NCBI GenBank assembly: GCA_965287045.1
Contig: OZ336888.1
Coordinates: forward strand, 16,554,001-16,618,000
DNA length: 64,000 nt
Origin: Carcharhinus amblyrhynchos
Taxonomy: Eukaryota
Reading direction: 5' to 3'
The translations under genes and the position numbers were made by a program. The notes under the pieces are model-generated. The model saw only the letters and a program-made list of their open reading frames with translations. It did not search any database and was not told where the DNA came from. The first letter of the stretch is position 1. Every line of letters begins with the position of its first letter. Shown in pieces: positions 12,201 to 27,200 of the stretch.

Positions 12201-15200
12201 AGGACCTTGCAAAGACACTCGTGTTACAATTCTCCAGTGTTTTGTGGTGGCTGCTGTGGGTTGTCCAATTTGACAAAGCAGAAAAGAGTGTGGTGCTCTG
12301 TGCTGTGCGATAAGCCAAAACCTTAGCCTCTTGTTTGTCGTACAGGACCTCAATAATCTTTTCAAATCCTCTTCCAAGTGCACCTTGATCACCATTGGCT
12401 CGGACAATTCCAGTCCAGCAATTCAGTCCTTTAGCCTGATCCAATTCCTTTGGGATGGAGTTATTTGTAAAGTTCAGTATTCTCAATCTGCAATCAGTGA
12501 CGTTTTCACATTCACAAAAACAGTGTTGTGACAAGCTCACCCCTGGGAGGTTTCTCTATCGGAAAATCAGATTGTTAATGTTTCAACAGTTTGATCTGTA
12601 AATTTGATCCTTTTGTCCCATTCTGTGTCCTTTTGTGGCTGCTTATTCTAACACATTTTCAGCATAATTTTCAATCCAGTTCGTAAACTGTACAGTTTGT
12701 TCTTCGTGCTGGTGCTCATAGACATTTCCATTCCAAAAGAATTATTTCCAGATGTTGTCAAAGTTGCTGCCTTGATATCGTGTTGATATTATGGATAAGT
12801 TAATTCATTATGATGAGAAAATATGTTTCCAGCATTTCAAATGCAGTCTGGCTGTTCTCACATCCGACATTGCCACTTTTGGTTAGTCCATGAGTGTCTG
12901 ATATATTCTCCGACATTTCTGCTTTTCTCTTCCAGAGATCGTCTGCCACGGCCATTGGTCACCCTGGATTAATGAACATACACCTTCTAAGGACAGCCCT
13001 GGCGATTATGAATTGCAGAATCCCAACAAAACAAAATATTGTTCCTTCCCTTCGGAAACAATTGTGGACATTCAGTGTCAGTTTGTTGACCAACCGGACA
13101 AACCAATAAGCCAGTCACCAGACAATGTGACATGCGACAAAGACAAGGGCCTCACCTGTGTACTCTCTCAAAGTGCTGTGGAGCAGAACAGATTTTGTTA
13201 TGACTACAAAGTGCGCATTTGCTGTGAGCCAGTAACAGGAATGACCACAACGTCCCCCACTACATCTTCCACTCCTGGTAAGTGAGAAATGTACCAATGA
13301 GTTCATAATATTTTCAGATTCAATCCAGCTTGTTTTCGACCAAAAAGCAAATGAAGATTTCTTGATACCCAGTGAGTAGCTGTAATCACCAATTTCTTGA
13401 AGATTTGTGCTTCATATCAACAACGTATCCCCGGTGTAAAATTCACAACACTGTGGGAATTGGAATTTGGTGATTTTGAAAGTTATTTCTTTGTCTGCAG
13501 TGCCAACAACAACAACAACAACACAGGAAACAACGACCACATCTGTGGAAACTACTACAACAGGTTAGTGCTGTCTCCTTTCAGTATTCACCAGCAAGTC
13601 TGTTCACAGCGGTGTGCTTATCCCATTTGCAGCTTCAGTGTTAGTTCATTCTTTCAGTCCTGCCCACACCTCCTTTTCGAAGGAAATGGTTGAAAATTTA
13701 CTCAAATTTGAATCATCAATTGGATTTGTGAACCTCACTTTTACACCAAGATCTATATGATGGTTTTCTGGTCAAACTCGACAGGAATATAATGGTGTTG
13801 ACATTGTGGTGAATTGGTTTCATTCTTTTTCTTCTTCTTCAGGAAGGGTCACTATAACAGTGAAACCATCTACACCTGGGCCCCCTCCGGGCTCCACATC
13901 GGGTGAGTAACGGCTTCTTTTCTTCAACAGCAGCAAGAGCAGGAAACAAGTGCAATAAAAACAGATGGTGCTGGAAATATTCAGCAAGGCTGGCAAGACC
14001 TGCTGAGTATTTCCAGCACTTTCTGTTTGCATATCAGATTTCCAGCAAGCACAGCATTTTACATTTCATTCAGTGAAAAACTGTGTTTATCGATGTGTTT
14101 CCGTTTGGGTCAGTCAGAGGCCAAGCACTCCCGTGAACTGATGGGGATGTTTGATGTCATCAGGAATCCTTCAGGACAGCCCTGAAGTGTTTCTGTTGTC
14201 CCGCAGGGGTCTCCTTCTATCACCTTCTTCAGCAAGTTGATCCAAGGTGGGAGCTGAGGTGAAATGCTGTGCGCGTCAGCATTCACACCAGTGCAGTGTT
14301 GTCAAATTCACCTTTTAGACAACGCCCGTCCATTTCTTTAGTCTTGTTGTTCTTTCGTTGTGGTTGCAAGTGAATGAATAGTTGAGGACACCTGAATCGC
14401 ATTGTACTATTTCAGACATTAAATTTGCAACAAGCCAATGAAATAAATCTCACAATGGAACACTGCTGCCTTTTCTATTCTACGTCAGTTGATTTGATTG
14501 TGTTTCTTGTTCTTCAGAAGTGACCACTAAACCAGGGACACCAATTACAACCAGCTCCACTACCAGCTCCACACCGGGTGAGTGACGGCTTCTTTTGATG
14601 CGCAGCAGCAAAACCAGAGGCAAAAACTGTTCAGTTGGAACATGTTCCAGGCAGTGGAAAGACATTACTTTGTACTTTTTCACCGTTAATTTTCGTATTC
14701 AGGTCAGAATTCCAGCAGCACCGCTCTTGGGATGAAAAGGATGAATGGATATGGGGTTAAGGGGGAACAGGATATTGAATTTGATGATCCGCCATGTTCA
14801 AAATGAATGGATGAGCAGGTTCCAAGGTCCGAATGGCTTCTAGTTTCTATGTTTACGTTTTCTTCAATGAAACAAATGATCTTGTTTCAACACACATTAG
14901 AGGTTCATCATTTCACCATGGGGAGGCACTGTGACCATACTTTCCAAAGGGAAATGGAAGACATTCTTGCTCTTTGAATGAAGGTAGATCCGAGGTTGGA
15001 GTTGAGGTGAAATGCTGTGCGCATAAGCGTTCACACCAGTGCGCTGTTGTCAAATTCCCCTTTTAGACAATGCCCGTCCATTAGTACTGTCTTGTCACCC
15101 TTTCCACGTGGGTGGGAGTGATTGAATATTTGAAGCCAACTAAATCCAGCTGTTATATTTGAAATAGAACCAAAACAATGCAGATGCGGGAGATCGCGAA

Positions 15201-18200
15201 TAAAAACAGAACATGTTGAAAGAACTCAGCAGGTCTGGCAGCATCTGTGGAGAGAAACAGATTTAATATTTTGGATCTAGATGATCCTTCTATGTCTCCT
15301 GTTCCCCCAACACTGGTGCCATAGGTAAGAAAGCCCATCAAAGCCCCTACTTTCTCAGAAGGCTAAAGAAATTCAGCATGTCTGCTACCAGCTTTGATAG
15401 AAGAATCACAGAAAGCATCCTTTCCAGCTCTTTTGCAACTTGGTATGGATTCTGTTCTGTCCAAGACTGCAAGAAACTTCAAAAGGTGGAAACGAAGCCT
15501 CGTCCACCATGCAAATAGTCTCCTATCCATTGACACTGTCCATACTTTCCACTTCCTCAAAAAAGCAGCCAGCATAATTAAAGACCGCATACATCCGGAA
15601 CATTCTCTCTTCCACCTTCCACTGTCAGCAAAAAAACCTGAGGACACTCACCAACCAACTCAAGAACACCTTCTTCCCTGCTGCCGCCAAATTTTGGATC
15701 ATGGGATGGCAGATGAGTCCAATGGACAATCTGCACATTGTATTAATTTGATCTTTCTCTACACCCTAGCGATCACTGTAACACGATATTAGGCTCTGTT
15801 TCCTTTTCTTCTCCCCTGAGTACTCTACGAACAATATTCTTTGTCTGTGCAGTGTGCCAGAAACAATACTTTTCAACCTATACTAATAGATGAGACAGTA
15901 ATAAATCAAATCAAATCAAAACAAATCCTTCTGCAGAAAGATCATTCAGATCCAAACCGTGAACTCTCTTTCTTTCCTCAAATGCTGGCAGATCCGCTGA
16001 GTTCATCCAACATTTTCAGTACTTATGTTCTATTCTAAACAGCATGTTTGCAGCAAAGCCAATCAAATGAACCTTGCAGTGGAACAGTGTTTGCTTTATG
16101 TCACATTTCATTGTGTTTCTTATTCTTCAGAAATCATCACTACAACAGTCAAACCAACAACAACCAGTTTCACTACCAGCTTCACATCAGGTGAGTGAAA
16201 GCTTCTTTTGACACACAGTAGCAAAACCAGTGTTGCAAACTGTTGAGTTGGAGCAATTTCCAGGCAGTAGAAGGACACTGCTTCACACTTATTTCTAGTT
16301 AGTCCCTGACTTCCCAAGTGAACTGGTTGATAACGGACTGATTCAGATGAAGCTCAATGAGAACGTGCACATGAGGAGAAATGCTTTCTCTGTGTTTGTG
16401 TGTGTACTGTTCTCTCCTAAAATCTACTTGCTCAACAATATTTCCTGAACCTGTTTGTAAATATCAGCCTGATATTGGTATAATTTCTCCAATGTGCATG
16501 ACACGATGATGCTGATATGCAGCATCTTTGTCAAAGTTCAGCAGTTTCCATGACAGATCTTATCAATGGATCTTCCCCTTAGCATGGTATGATTGTTAAT
16601 ATTCTTCCATTTTCTTCTCTCGCTCAGTAATTTAGAATATTTCTGAAACAATAACAAATTTGTAAAATTTGTCTTTCTCCTGTTCAGCTTTGCCCCTTTA
16701 TTCTCCAAGTTAGTTGAGCCCGTCAGTAGCTGTAGTCAGTATGTTCCTCATTCTTGCTGCCTTATTGTGAATTGAATAAGCTAATGTTGGAAGTCTATTA
16801 AAGTTATTTCTTTGTCTGCAGTGCCAACAACAACAACAACAACACAGGAAACAACGACCACATCTGGGGAAACTCCTACAACAGGTTAGTGCTGTCTCCT
16901 TTCAGTATTCACCAGCAAGTCTGTTCACAGCGGTGTGCTTATCCCATTTGCAGCTTCAGTGTTAGTTCATTCTTTCAGTCCTGCCCACACCTCCTTTTCG
17001 AAGGAAATGGTTGAAAATTTACTCAAATTTGAATCATCAATTGGATTTGTGAACCTCACTTTTACACCAAGATCTATATGATGGTTTTCTGGTCAAACTC
17101 GACAGGAATATAATGGTGTTGACATTGTGGTGAATTGGTTTCATTCTTTTTCTTCTTCTTCAGGAAGGGTCACTATAACAGTGAAACCATCTACAGCTGG
17201 GCCCCCTCCGGGCTCCACATCGGGTGAGTAACGGCTTCTTTTCTTCAACAGCAGCAAGAGCAGGAAACAAGTGCAATAAAAACAGATGGTGCTGGAAATA
17301 TTCAGCAAGGCTGGCAAGACCTGCTGAGTATTTCCAGCACTTTCTGTTTGCATATCAGATTTCCAGCAAGCACAGCATTTTACATTTCATTCAGTGAAAA
17401 ACTGTGTTTATCGATGTGTTTCCGTTTGGGTCAGTCAGAGGCCAAGCACTCCCGTGAACTGATGGGGATGTTTGATGTCATCAGGAATCCTTCAGGACAG
17501 CCCTGAAGTGTTTCTGTTGTCCCGCAGGGGTCTCCTTCTATCACCTTCTTCAGCAAGTTGATCCAAGGTGGGAGCTGAGGTGAAATGCTGTGCGCGTAAG
17601 CATTCACACCAGTGCAGTGTTGTCAAATTCACCTTTTAGACAACGCCCGTCCATTTGTTTAGTCTTGTTGTTCTTTCGTTGTGGTTGCAAGTGAATGAAT
17701 AGTTGAGGACACCTGAATCGCATTGTACTATTTCAAACATTAAATTTGCAACAAGCCAATGAAATAAATCTCACAATGGAACACTGCTGCCTTTTCTATT
17801 CTACGTCAGTTGATTTGATTGTGTTTCTTGTTCTTCAGAAGTGACCACTAAACCAGGGACACCAATTACAACCAGCTCCACTACCAGCTCCACACCGGGT
17901 GAGTGACGGCTTCTTTTGATGAGCAGCAGCAAAACCAGAGGCAAAAACTGTTCAGTTGGAACATGTTCCAGGCAGTGGAAAGACATTACTTTGTACTTTT
18001 TCACCGTTAATTTTCGTATTCAGGTCAGAATTCCAGCAGCACCGCTCTTGGGATGAAAAGGATGAATGGATATGGGGTTAAGGGGGAACAGGATATTGAA
18101 TTTGATGATCCACCATGATCAAAATGAATGGATGAGCAGGTTCCAAGGTCCGAATGGCTTCTAGTTTCTATGTTTACGTTTTCTTCAATGAAACAAATGA

Positions 18201-21200
18201 TCTTGTTTCAACACACATTAGAGGTTCATCATTTCACCATTGGGAGGCACTGTGACCATACTTTCCAAAGGGAAATGGAAGACACTCTTGCTCTTTGAAT
18301 GAAGGTAGATCCGAGGTGGGAGCTGAGGTGAAATGATGTCCACATAAGCGTTCATACCAGTGCGCTGTTGTGAAATTCCCCTTTTAGACAATGCCCGTCC
18401 ATTGGTACTGTCTTGTCGCCCTTTCCATGTGGGTGGAAAGTAGCTGTAGTCAGTATGTTCCTCATTCTTGCTGCCTTATTGTGAATTCAGTAAGCTAATG
18501 TTGGAAGTCTATTAATACAGCTGGATTTCCAGTCAGAGTGCAGTGGTTTTGAATAATTCTCTTTTCCTGTAGAAGTGACAACTACAACAAAAGGTACAAC
18601 AGCTTCATCAACAACAGGTAATTGAGATTTTCCTTCAATATTGAATCTCCCTATTAGACACGCCCTCGGTTTCGATGATGACTTCCTTCCACTAAGGATC
18701 ATGGGGATTGATGGGGATGTTTGATGTCATGAGGAATCCTTCGGGACAGCCCTGAGGTGTTTCTGCAGTCCCGCAGGGGTCTCCTTCTATCACCGCATTC
18801 TGGGGAAAGCCGTTGCTTTGGGAATCTGGTGTCAGGCAATCAAATGTCATCTCCTGCCCAGCAGAAGTGGTTACGTGTAATTGTTGCCTGACTGCTGAAT
18901 ATCTTGTCTTGGGAGAGGATGCTGTTGTTGGAAAGCCTTTCTTGCCACAGATTAGGAGGACCTTGCAAAGACACTCGTGTTACTATTCTCCAGTGTTTTG
19001 TGGTGGCTGCTGTGGGTTGTCCAATTTGACAAAGCAGAAAAGAGTGTGGTGCTCTGTGCTGTGCGATAAGCCAAAACCTTAGCCTCTTGTTTGTCGTACA
19101 GGACCCCAATAATCTTTTCAAATCCTCTTCCAAGTGCACCTTGATCACCATTGGCTCAGACAATTCCAGTCCAGCAATTCAGTCCTTTAGCCTGATCCAA
19201 TTCCTTTGGGATGGAGTTCTTTGTAAAGTTCAGTATTCTCAATCTGCAATCAGTGACGTTTTCACATTCACAAAAACAGTGTTGTGACAAGCTCACCCCT
19301 GGGAGGTTTCTCTATCGGAAAATCAGATTGTTAATGTTTCAACAGTTTGATCTGTAAATTTAATCCTTTTGTCCCATTCTGTGTCCTTTTGTGGCTGCTT
19401 ATTCTAACACATTTTCAGCATAATTTTCAATCCAGTTTGTAAACTGTACAGTTTGTTCTTCGTGCTGGTGCTCATAGACATTTCCATTCCAAAAGAATTA
19501 TTTCCAGATGTTGTCAAAGTTGCTGCCTTGATATCGTGTTGATATTATGGATAAGTTAATTCATTATGATGAGAAAATATGTTTCCAGCATTTCAAATGC
19601 AGTCTGGCTGTTCTCACATCCGACATTGCCACTTTTGGTTAGTCCATGAGTGTCTGATATATTCTCCGACATTTCTGCTTTTCTCTTCCAGAGATCGTCT
19701 GCCACGGCCATTGGTCACCCTGGATTAATGAACATACACCTTCTAAGGACAGCCCTGGCGATTATGAATTGCAGAATCCCAACAAAACAAAATATTGTTC
19801 CTTCCCTTCGGAAACAATTGTGGACATTCAGTGTCAGTTTGTTGACCAACCGGACAAACCAATAAGCCAGTCACCAGACAATGTGACATGCGACAAAGAC
19901 AAGGGCCTCACCTGTGTACTCTCTCAAAGTGCTGTGGAGCAGAACAAATTTTGTTATGACTACAAAGTGCGCATTTGCTGTGAGCCAGTAACAGGAGTGA
20001 CCACAACGTCCCCCACTACATCTTCCACTCCTGGTAAGTGAGAAATGTACCAATGAGTTCATAATATTTTCAGATTTAATCCAGCTTGTTTTTGACCAAA
20101 AAGCAAATGAAGATTTCTTGATACCCAGTGAGTAGCTGTAATCACCAATTTCTTGAAGATTTGTGCTTCGTATCAATGACGTATCCCCGGTGTAAAATTC
20201 ACAACACTGTGGGAATTGGAATTTGGTGATTTTGAAAGTTATTTCTTTGTCTGCAGTGCCAACAACAACAACAACAACACAGGAAACAACGACCACATCT
20301 GGGGAAACTACTACAACAGGTTAGTGCTGTCTCCTTTCAGTATTCACCAGCAAGTCTGTTCACAGCGGTGTGCTTATCCCATTTGCAGCTTCAGTGTTAG
20401 TTCATTCTTTCAGTCCTGCCCACACCTCCTTTTCGAAGGAAATGGTTGAAAATTTACTCAAATTTGAATCATCAATTGGATTTGTGAACCTCACTTTTAC
20501 ACCAAGATCTATATGATGGTTTTCTGGTCAAACTCGACAGGAATATAATGGTGTTGACATTGTGGTGAATTGGTTTCATTCTTTTTCTTCTTCTTCAGGA
20601 AGGGTCACTATAACAGTGAAACCATCTACAGCTGGGCCCCCTCCGGGCTCCACATCGGGTGAGTAACGGCTTCTTTTCTTCAACAGCAGCAAGAGCAGGA
20701 AACAAGTGCAATAAAAACAGATGGTGCTGGAAATATTCAGCAAGGCTGGCAAGACCTGCTGAGTATTTCCAGCACTTACTGTTTGCATATCAGATTTCCA
20801 GCAAGCACAGCATTTTACATTTCATTCAGTGAAAAACTGTGTTTATCGATGTGTTTCCGTTTGGGTCAGTCAGAGGTCAAGCACTCCCGTGAACTGATGG
20901 GGATGTTTGATGTCATCAGGAATCCTTCAGGACAGCCCTGAAGTGTTTCTGTTGTCCCGCAGGGGTCTCCTTCTATCACCTTCTTCAGCAAGTTGATCCA
21001 AGGTGGGAGCTGAGGTGAAATGCTGTGCGCGTAAGCATTCACACCAGTGCAGTGTTGTCAAATTCACCTTTTAGACAACGCCCGTCCATTTGTTTAGTCT
21101 TGTTGTTCTTTCGTTGTGGTTGCAAGTGAATGAATAGTTGAGGACACCTGAATCGCATTGTACTATTTCAAACATTAAATTTGCAACAAGCCAATGAAAT

Positions 21201-24200
21201 AAATCTCACAATGGAACACTGCTGCCTTTTCTATTCTACGTCAGTTGATTTGATTGTGTTTCTTGTTCTTCAGAAGTGACCACTAAACCAGGGACACCAA
21301 TTACAACCAGCTCCACTACCAGCTCCACACCGGGTGAGTGACGGCTTCTTTTGATGCACAGCAGCAAAACCAGAGGCAAAAACTGTTCAGTTGGAACATG
21401 TTCCAGGCAGTGGAAAGACATTACTTTGTACTTTTTCACCGTTAATTTTCGTATTCAGGTCAGAATTCCAGCAGCACAGCTCTTGGGATGAAAAGGATGA
21501 ATGGATATGGGGTTAAGGGGGAACAGGATATTGAATTTGATGATCCGCCATGATCAAAATGAATGGATGAGCAGGTTCCAAGGTCCGAATGGCTTCTAGT
21601 TTCTATGTTTACGTTTTCTTCAATGAAACAAATGATCTTGTTTCAACACACATTAGAGGTTCATCATTTCACCATGGGTAGGCACTGTGACCACACTTTC
21701 CAAAGGGAAATGGAAGACACTCTTGCTCTTTGAATGAAGGTAGATCCGAGGTGGGAGCTGAGGTGAAATGATGTCCACATAAGCGTTCATACCAGTGCGC
21801 TCTTGTGAAATTCCCCTTTTAGACAATGCCCGTCCATTGGTACTGTCTTGTCGCCCTTTCCATGTGGGTGGAAAGTAGCTGTAGTCAGTATGTTCCTCAT
21901 TCTTGCTGCCTTATTGTGAATTCAGTAAGCTAATGTTGGAAGTCTATTAATACAGCTGGATTTCCAGTCATAGAGTGCAGTGGTTTTGAATAATTCTCTT
22001 TTCCTGTAGAAGTGACAACTACAACAAAAGGAACAACAGCTTCATCAACAACAGGTAATTGAGATTTTCCTTCAATATTGAATCTCCCTATTAGACACGC
22101 CCTCGGTTTCGATGATGACTTCCTTCCACTAAGGATCATGGGGATTGATGGGGATGTTTGATGTCATGAGGAATCCTTCGGGACAGCCCTGAGGTGTTTC
22201 TGCAGTCCCGCAGGGGTCTCCTTCTATCACCGCATTCTGGGGAAAGCCGTTGCTTTGGGAATCTGGTGTCAGGCAATCAAATGTCATCTCCTGCCCAGCA
22301 GAAGTGGTTACGTGTAATTGTTGCCTGACTGCTGAATATCTTGTCTTGGGAGAGGATGCTGTTGTTGGAAAGCCTTTCTTGCCACAGATTAGGAGGACCT
22401 TGCAAAGACACTCGTGTTACTATTCTCCAGTGTTTTGTGGTGGCTGCTGTGGGTTGTCCAATTTGACAAAGCAGAAAAGAGTGTGGTGCTCTGTGCTGTG
22501 CGATAAGCCAAAACCTTAGCCTCTTGTTTGTCGTACAGGACCCCAATAATCTTTTCAAATCCTCTTCCAAGTGCACCTTGATCACCATTGGCTCAGACAA
22601 TTCCAGTCCAGCAATTCAGTCCTTTAGCCTGATCCAATTCCTTTGGGATGGAGTTCTTTGTAAAGTTCAGTATTCTCAATCTGCAATCAGTGACGTTTTC
22701 ACATTCACAAAAACAGTGTTGTGACAAGCTCACCCCTGGGAGGTTTCTCTATCGGAAAATCAGATTGTTAATGTTTCAACAGTTTGATCTGTAAATTTGA
22801 TCCTTTTGTCCCATTCTGTGTCCTTTTGTGGCTGCTTATTCTAACACATTTTCAGCATAATTTTCAATCCAGTTCGTAAACTGTACAGTTTGTTCTTTGT
22901 GCTGGTGCTCATAGACATTTCCATTCCAAAAGAATTATTTCCAGATGTTGTCAAAGTTGCTGCCTTGATATCGTGTTGATATTATGGATAAGTTAATTCA
23001 TTATGATGAGAAAATATGTTTCCAGCATTTCAAATGCAGTCTGGCTGTTCTCACATCCGACATTGCCACTTTTGGTTAGTCCACGAGTGTCTGATATATT
23101 CTCCGACATTTCTGCTTTTCTCTTCCAGAGATCGTCTGCCACGGCCATTGGTCACCCTGGATTAATGAACATACACCTTCTAAGGACAGCCCTGGCGATT
23201 ATGAATTGCAGAATCCCAACAAAACAAAATATTGTTCCTTCCCTTCGGAAACAATTGTGGACATTCAGTGTCAGTTTGTTGACCAACCGGACAAACCAAT
23301 AAGCCAGTCACCAGACAATGTGACATGCGACAAAGACAAGGGCCTCACCTGTGTACTCTCTCAAAGTGCTGTGGAGCAGAACAAATTTTGTTATGACTAC
23401 AAAGTGCGCATTTGCTGTGAGCCAGTAACAGGAATGACCACAACGTCCCCCACTACATCTTCCACTCCTGGTAAGTGAGAAATGTACCAATGAGTTCATA
23501 ATATTTTCAGATTTAATCCAGCTTGTTTTTGACCAAAAAGCAAATGAAGATTTCTTGATACCCAGTGAGTAGCTGTAATCACCAATTTCTTGAAGATTTG
23601 TGCTTCGTATCAATGACGTATCCCCGGTGTAAAATTCACAACACTGTGGGAATTGGAATTTGGTGATTTTGAAAGTTATTTCTTTGTCTGCAGTGCCAAC
23701 AACAACAACAACAACACAGGAAACAACGACCACATCTGGGGAAACTACTACAACAGGTTAGTGCTGTCTCCTTTCAGTATTCACCAGCAAGTCTGTTCAC
23801 AGCGGTGTGCTTATCCCATTTGCAGCTTCAGTGTTAGTTCATTCTTTCAGTCCTGCCCACACCTCCTTTTCGAAGGAAATGGTTGAAAATTTACTCAAAT
23901 TTGAATCATCAATTGGATTTGTGAACCTCACTTTTACACCAAGATCTATATGATGGTTTTCTGGTCAAACTCGACAGGAATATAATGGTGTTGACATTGT
24001 GGTGAATTGGTTTCATTCTTTTTCTTCTTCTTCAGGAAGGGTCACTATAACAGTGAAACCATCTACAGCTGGGCCCCCTCCGGGCTCCACATCGGGTGAG
24101 TAACGGCTTCTTTTCTTCAACAGCAGCAAGAGCAGGAAACAAGTGCAATAAAAACAGATGGTGCTGGAAATATTCAGCAAGGCTGGCAAGACCTGCTGAG

Positions 24201-27200
24201 TATTTCCAGCACTTTCTGTTTGCATATCAGATTTCCAGCAAGCACAGCATTTTACATTTCATTCAGTGAAAAACTGTGTTTATCGATGTGTTTCCGTTTG
24301 GGTCAGTCAGAGGCCAAGCACTCCCGTGAACTGATGGGGATGTTTGATGTCATCAGGAATCCTTCAGGACAGCCCTGAAGTGTTTCTGTTGTCCCGCAGG
24401 GGTCTCCTTCTATCACCTTCTTCAGCAAGTTGATCCAAGGTGGGAGCTGAGGTGAAATGCTGTGCGCGTAAGCATTCACACCAGTGCAGTGTTGTCAAAT
24501 TCACCTTTTAGACAACGCCCGTCCATTTGTTTAGTCTTGTTGTTCTTTCGTTGTGGTTGCAAGTGAATGAATAGTTGAGGACACCTGAATCGCATTGTAC
24601 TATTTCAAACATTAAATTTGCAACAAGCCAATGAAATAAATCTCACAATGGAACACTGCTGCCTTTTCTATTCTACGTCAGTTGATTTGATTGTGTTTCT
24701 TGTTCTTCAGAAGTGACCACTAAACCAGGGACACCAATTACAACCAGCTCCACTACCAGCTCCACACCGGGTGAGTGACGGCTTCTTTTGATGCACAGCA
24801 GCAAAACCAGAGGCAAAAACTGTTCAGTTGGAACATGTTCCAGGCAGTGGAAAGACATTACTTTGTACTTTTTCACCGTGAATTTTCGTATTCAGGTCAG
24901 AATTCCAGCAGCACAGCTCTTGGGATGAAAAGGATGAATGGATATGGGGTTAAGGGGGAACAGGATATTGAATTTGATGATCCGCCATGATCAAAATGAA
25001 TGGATGAGCAGGTTCCAAGGTCCGAATGGTTTCTAGTTTCTATGTTTACGTTTTCTTCAATGAAACAAATGATCTTGTTTCAACACACATTAGAGGTTCA
25101 TCATTTCACCATGGGGAGGCACTGTGACCACACTTTCCAAAGGGAAATGGAAGACACTCTTGCTCTTTGAATGAAGGTAGATCCGAGGTGGGAGCTTAGG
25201 TGAAATGATGTCCACATAAGCGTTCATACCAGTGCGCTGTTGTGAAATTCCCCTTTTAGACAATGCCCGTCCATTGGTACTGTCTTGTCGCCCTTTCCAT
25301 GTGGGTGGAAAGTAGCTGTAGTCAGTATGTTCCTCATTCTTGCTGCCTTATTGTGAATTCAGTAAGCTAATGTTGGAAGTCTATTAATACAGCTGGATTT
25401 CCAGTCAGAGTGCAGTGGTTTTGAATAATTCTCTTTTCCTGTAGAAGTGACAACTACAACAAAAGGAACAACAATTTCTTCAACAACAGGTAATTGAGAT
25501 TTTCCTTCAATATTGAATCTCCCTATTAGACACGCCCTCGGTTTCGATGATGACTTCCTTCCACTAAGGATCATGAGGATTGATGGGGATGTTTGATGTC
25601 ATGAGGAATCCTTCGGGACAGCCCTGAGGTGTTTCTGCTGTCCCGCAGGGGTCTCCTTCTATCACCGCATTCTGGGGAAAGCCGTTGCTTTGGGAATCTG
25701 GTGTCAGGCAATCAAATGTCATCTCCTGCCCAGCAGAAGTGGTTACGTGTAATTGTTGCCTGACTGCTGAATATCTTGTCTTGGGAGAGGATGCTGTTGT
25801 TGGAAAGCCTTTCTTGCCACAGATTAGGAGGACCTTGCAAAGACACTCGTGTTACAATTCTCCAGTGTTTTGTGGTGGCTGCTGTGGGTTGTCCAATTTG
25901 ACAAAGCAGAAAAGAGTGTGGTGCTCTGTGCTGTGCGATAAGCCAAAACCTTAGCCTCTTGTTTGTCGTACAGGACCCCAATAATCTTTTCAAATCCTCT
26001 TCCAAGTGCACCTTGATCACCATTGGCTCAGACAATTCCAGTCCAGCAATTCAGTCCTTTAGCCTGATCCAATTCCTTTGGGATGGAGTTATTTGTAAAG
26101 TTCAGTATTCTCAATCTGCAATCAGTGACGTTTTCACATTCACAAAAACAGTGTTGTGACAAGCTCACCCCTGGGAGGTTTCTCTATCGGAAAATCAGAT
26201 TGTTAATGTTTCAACAGTTTGATCTGTAAATTTGATCCTTTTGTCCCATTCTGTGTCCTTTTGTGGCTGCTTATTCTAACACATTTTCAGCATAATTTTC
26301 AATCCAGTTCGTAAACTGTACAGTTTGTTCTTCGTGCTGGTGCTCATAGACATTTCCATTCCAAAAGAATTATTTCCAGATGTTGTCAAAGTTGCTGCCT
26401 TGATATCGTGTTGATATTATGGATAAGTTAATTCATTATGATGAGAAAATATGTTTCCAGCATTTCAAATGCAGTCTGGCTGTTCTCACATCCGACATTG
26501 CCACTTTTGGTTAGTCCATGAGTGTCTGATATATTCTCCGACATTTCTGCTTTTCTCTTCCAGAGATCGTCTGCCACGGCCATTGGTCACCCTGGATTAA
26601 TGAACATACACCTTCTAAGGACAGCCCTGGCGATTATGAATTGCAGAATCCCAACAAAACAAAATATTGTTCCTTCCCTTCGGAAACAATTGTGGACATT
26701 CAGTGTCAGTTTGTTGACCAACCGGACAAACCAATAAGCCAGTCACCAGACAATGTGACATGCGACAAAGACAAGGGCCTCACCTGTGTACTCTCTCAAA
26801 GTGCTGTGGAGCAGAACAGATTTTGTTATGACTACAAAGTGCGCATTTGCTGTGAGCCAGTAACAGGAATGACCACAACGTCCCCCACTACATCTTCCAC
26901 TCCTGGTAAGTGAGAAATGTACCAATGAGTTCATAATATTTTCAGATTTAATCCAGCTTGTTTTTGACCAAAAAGCAAATGAAGATTTCTTGATACCCAG
27001 TGAGTAGCTGTAATCACCAATTTCTTGAAGATTTGTGCTTCGTATCAATGACGTATCCCCGGTGTAAAATTCACAACACTGTGGGAATTGGAATTTGGTG
27101 ATTTTGAAAGTTATTTCTTTGTCTGCAGTGCCAACAACAACAACAACAACACAGGAAACAACGACCACATCTGGGGAAACTACTACAACAGGTTAGTGCT

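Larger units (their letters stand above)
3205..13500 (+). repeat. Units 2-4, three type I units
   Basis: A/B/C/D/CysD starts: 3205/3547/4222/4956/6075; 6640/6982/7657/8391/9510; 10075/10408/11083/11817/12936. Confidence 0.95.
13501..16821 (+). repeat. Unit 5, type II
   Basis: A 13501, B 13843, C 14518, E 16131. Confidence 0.95.
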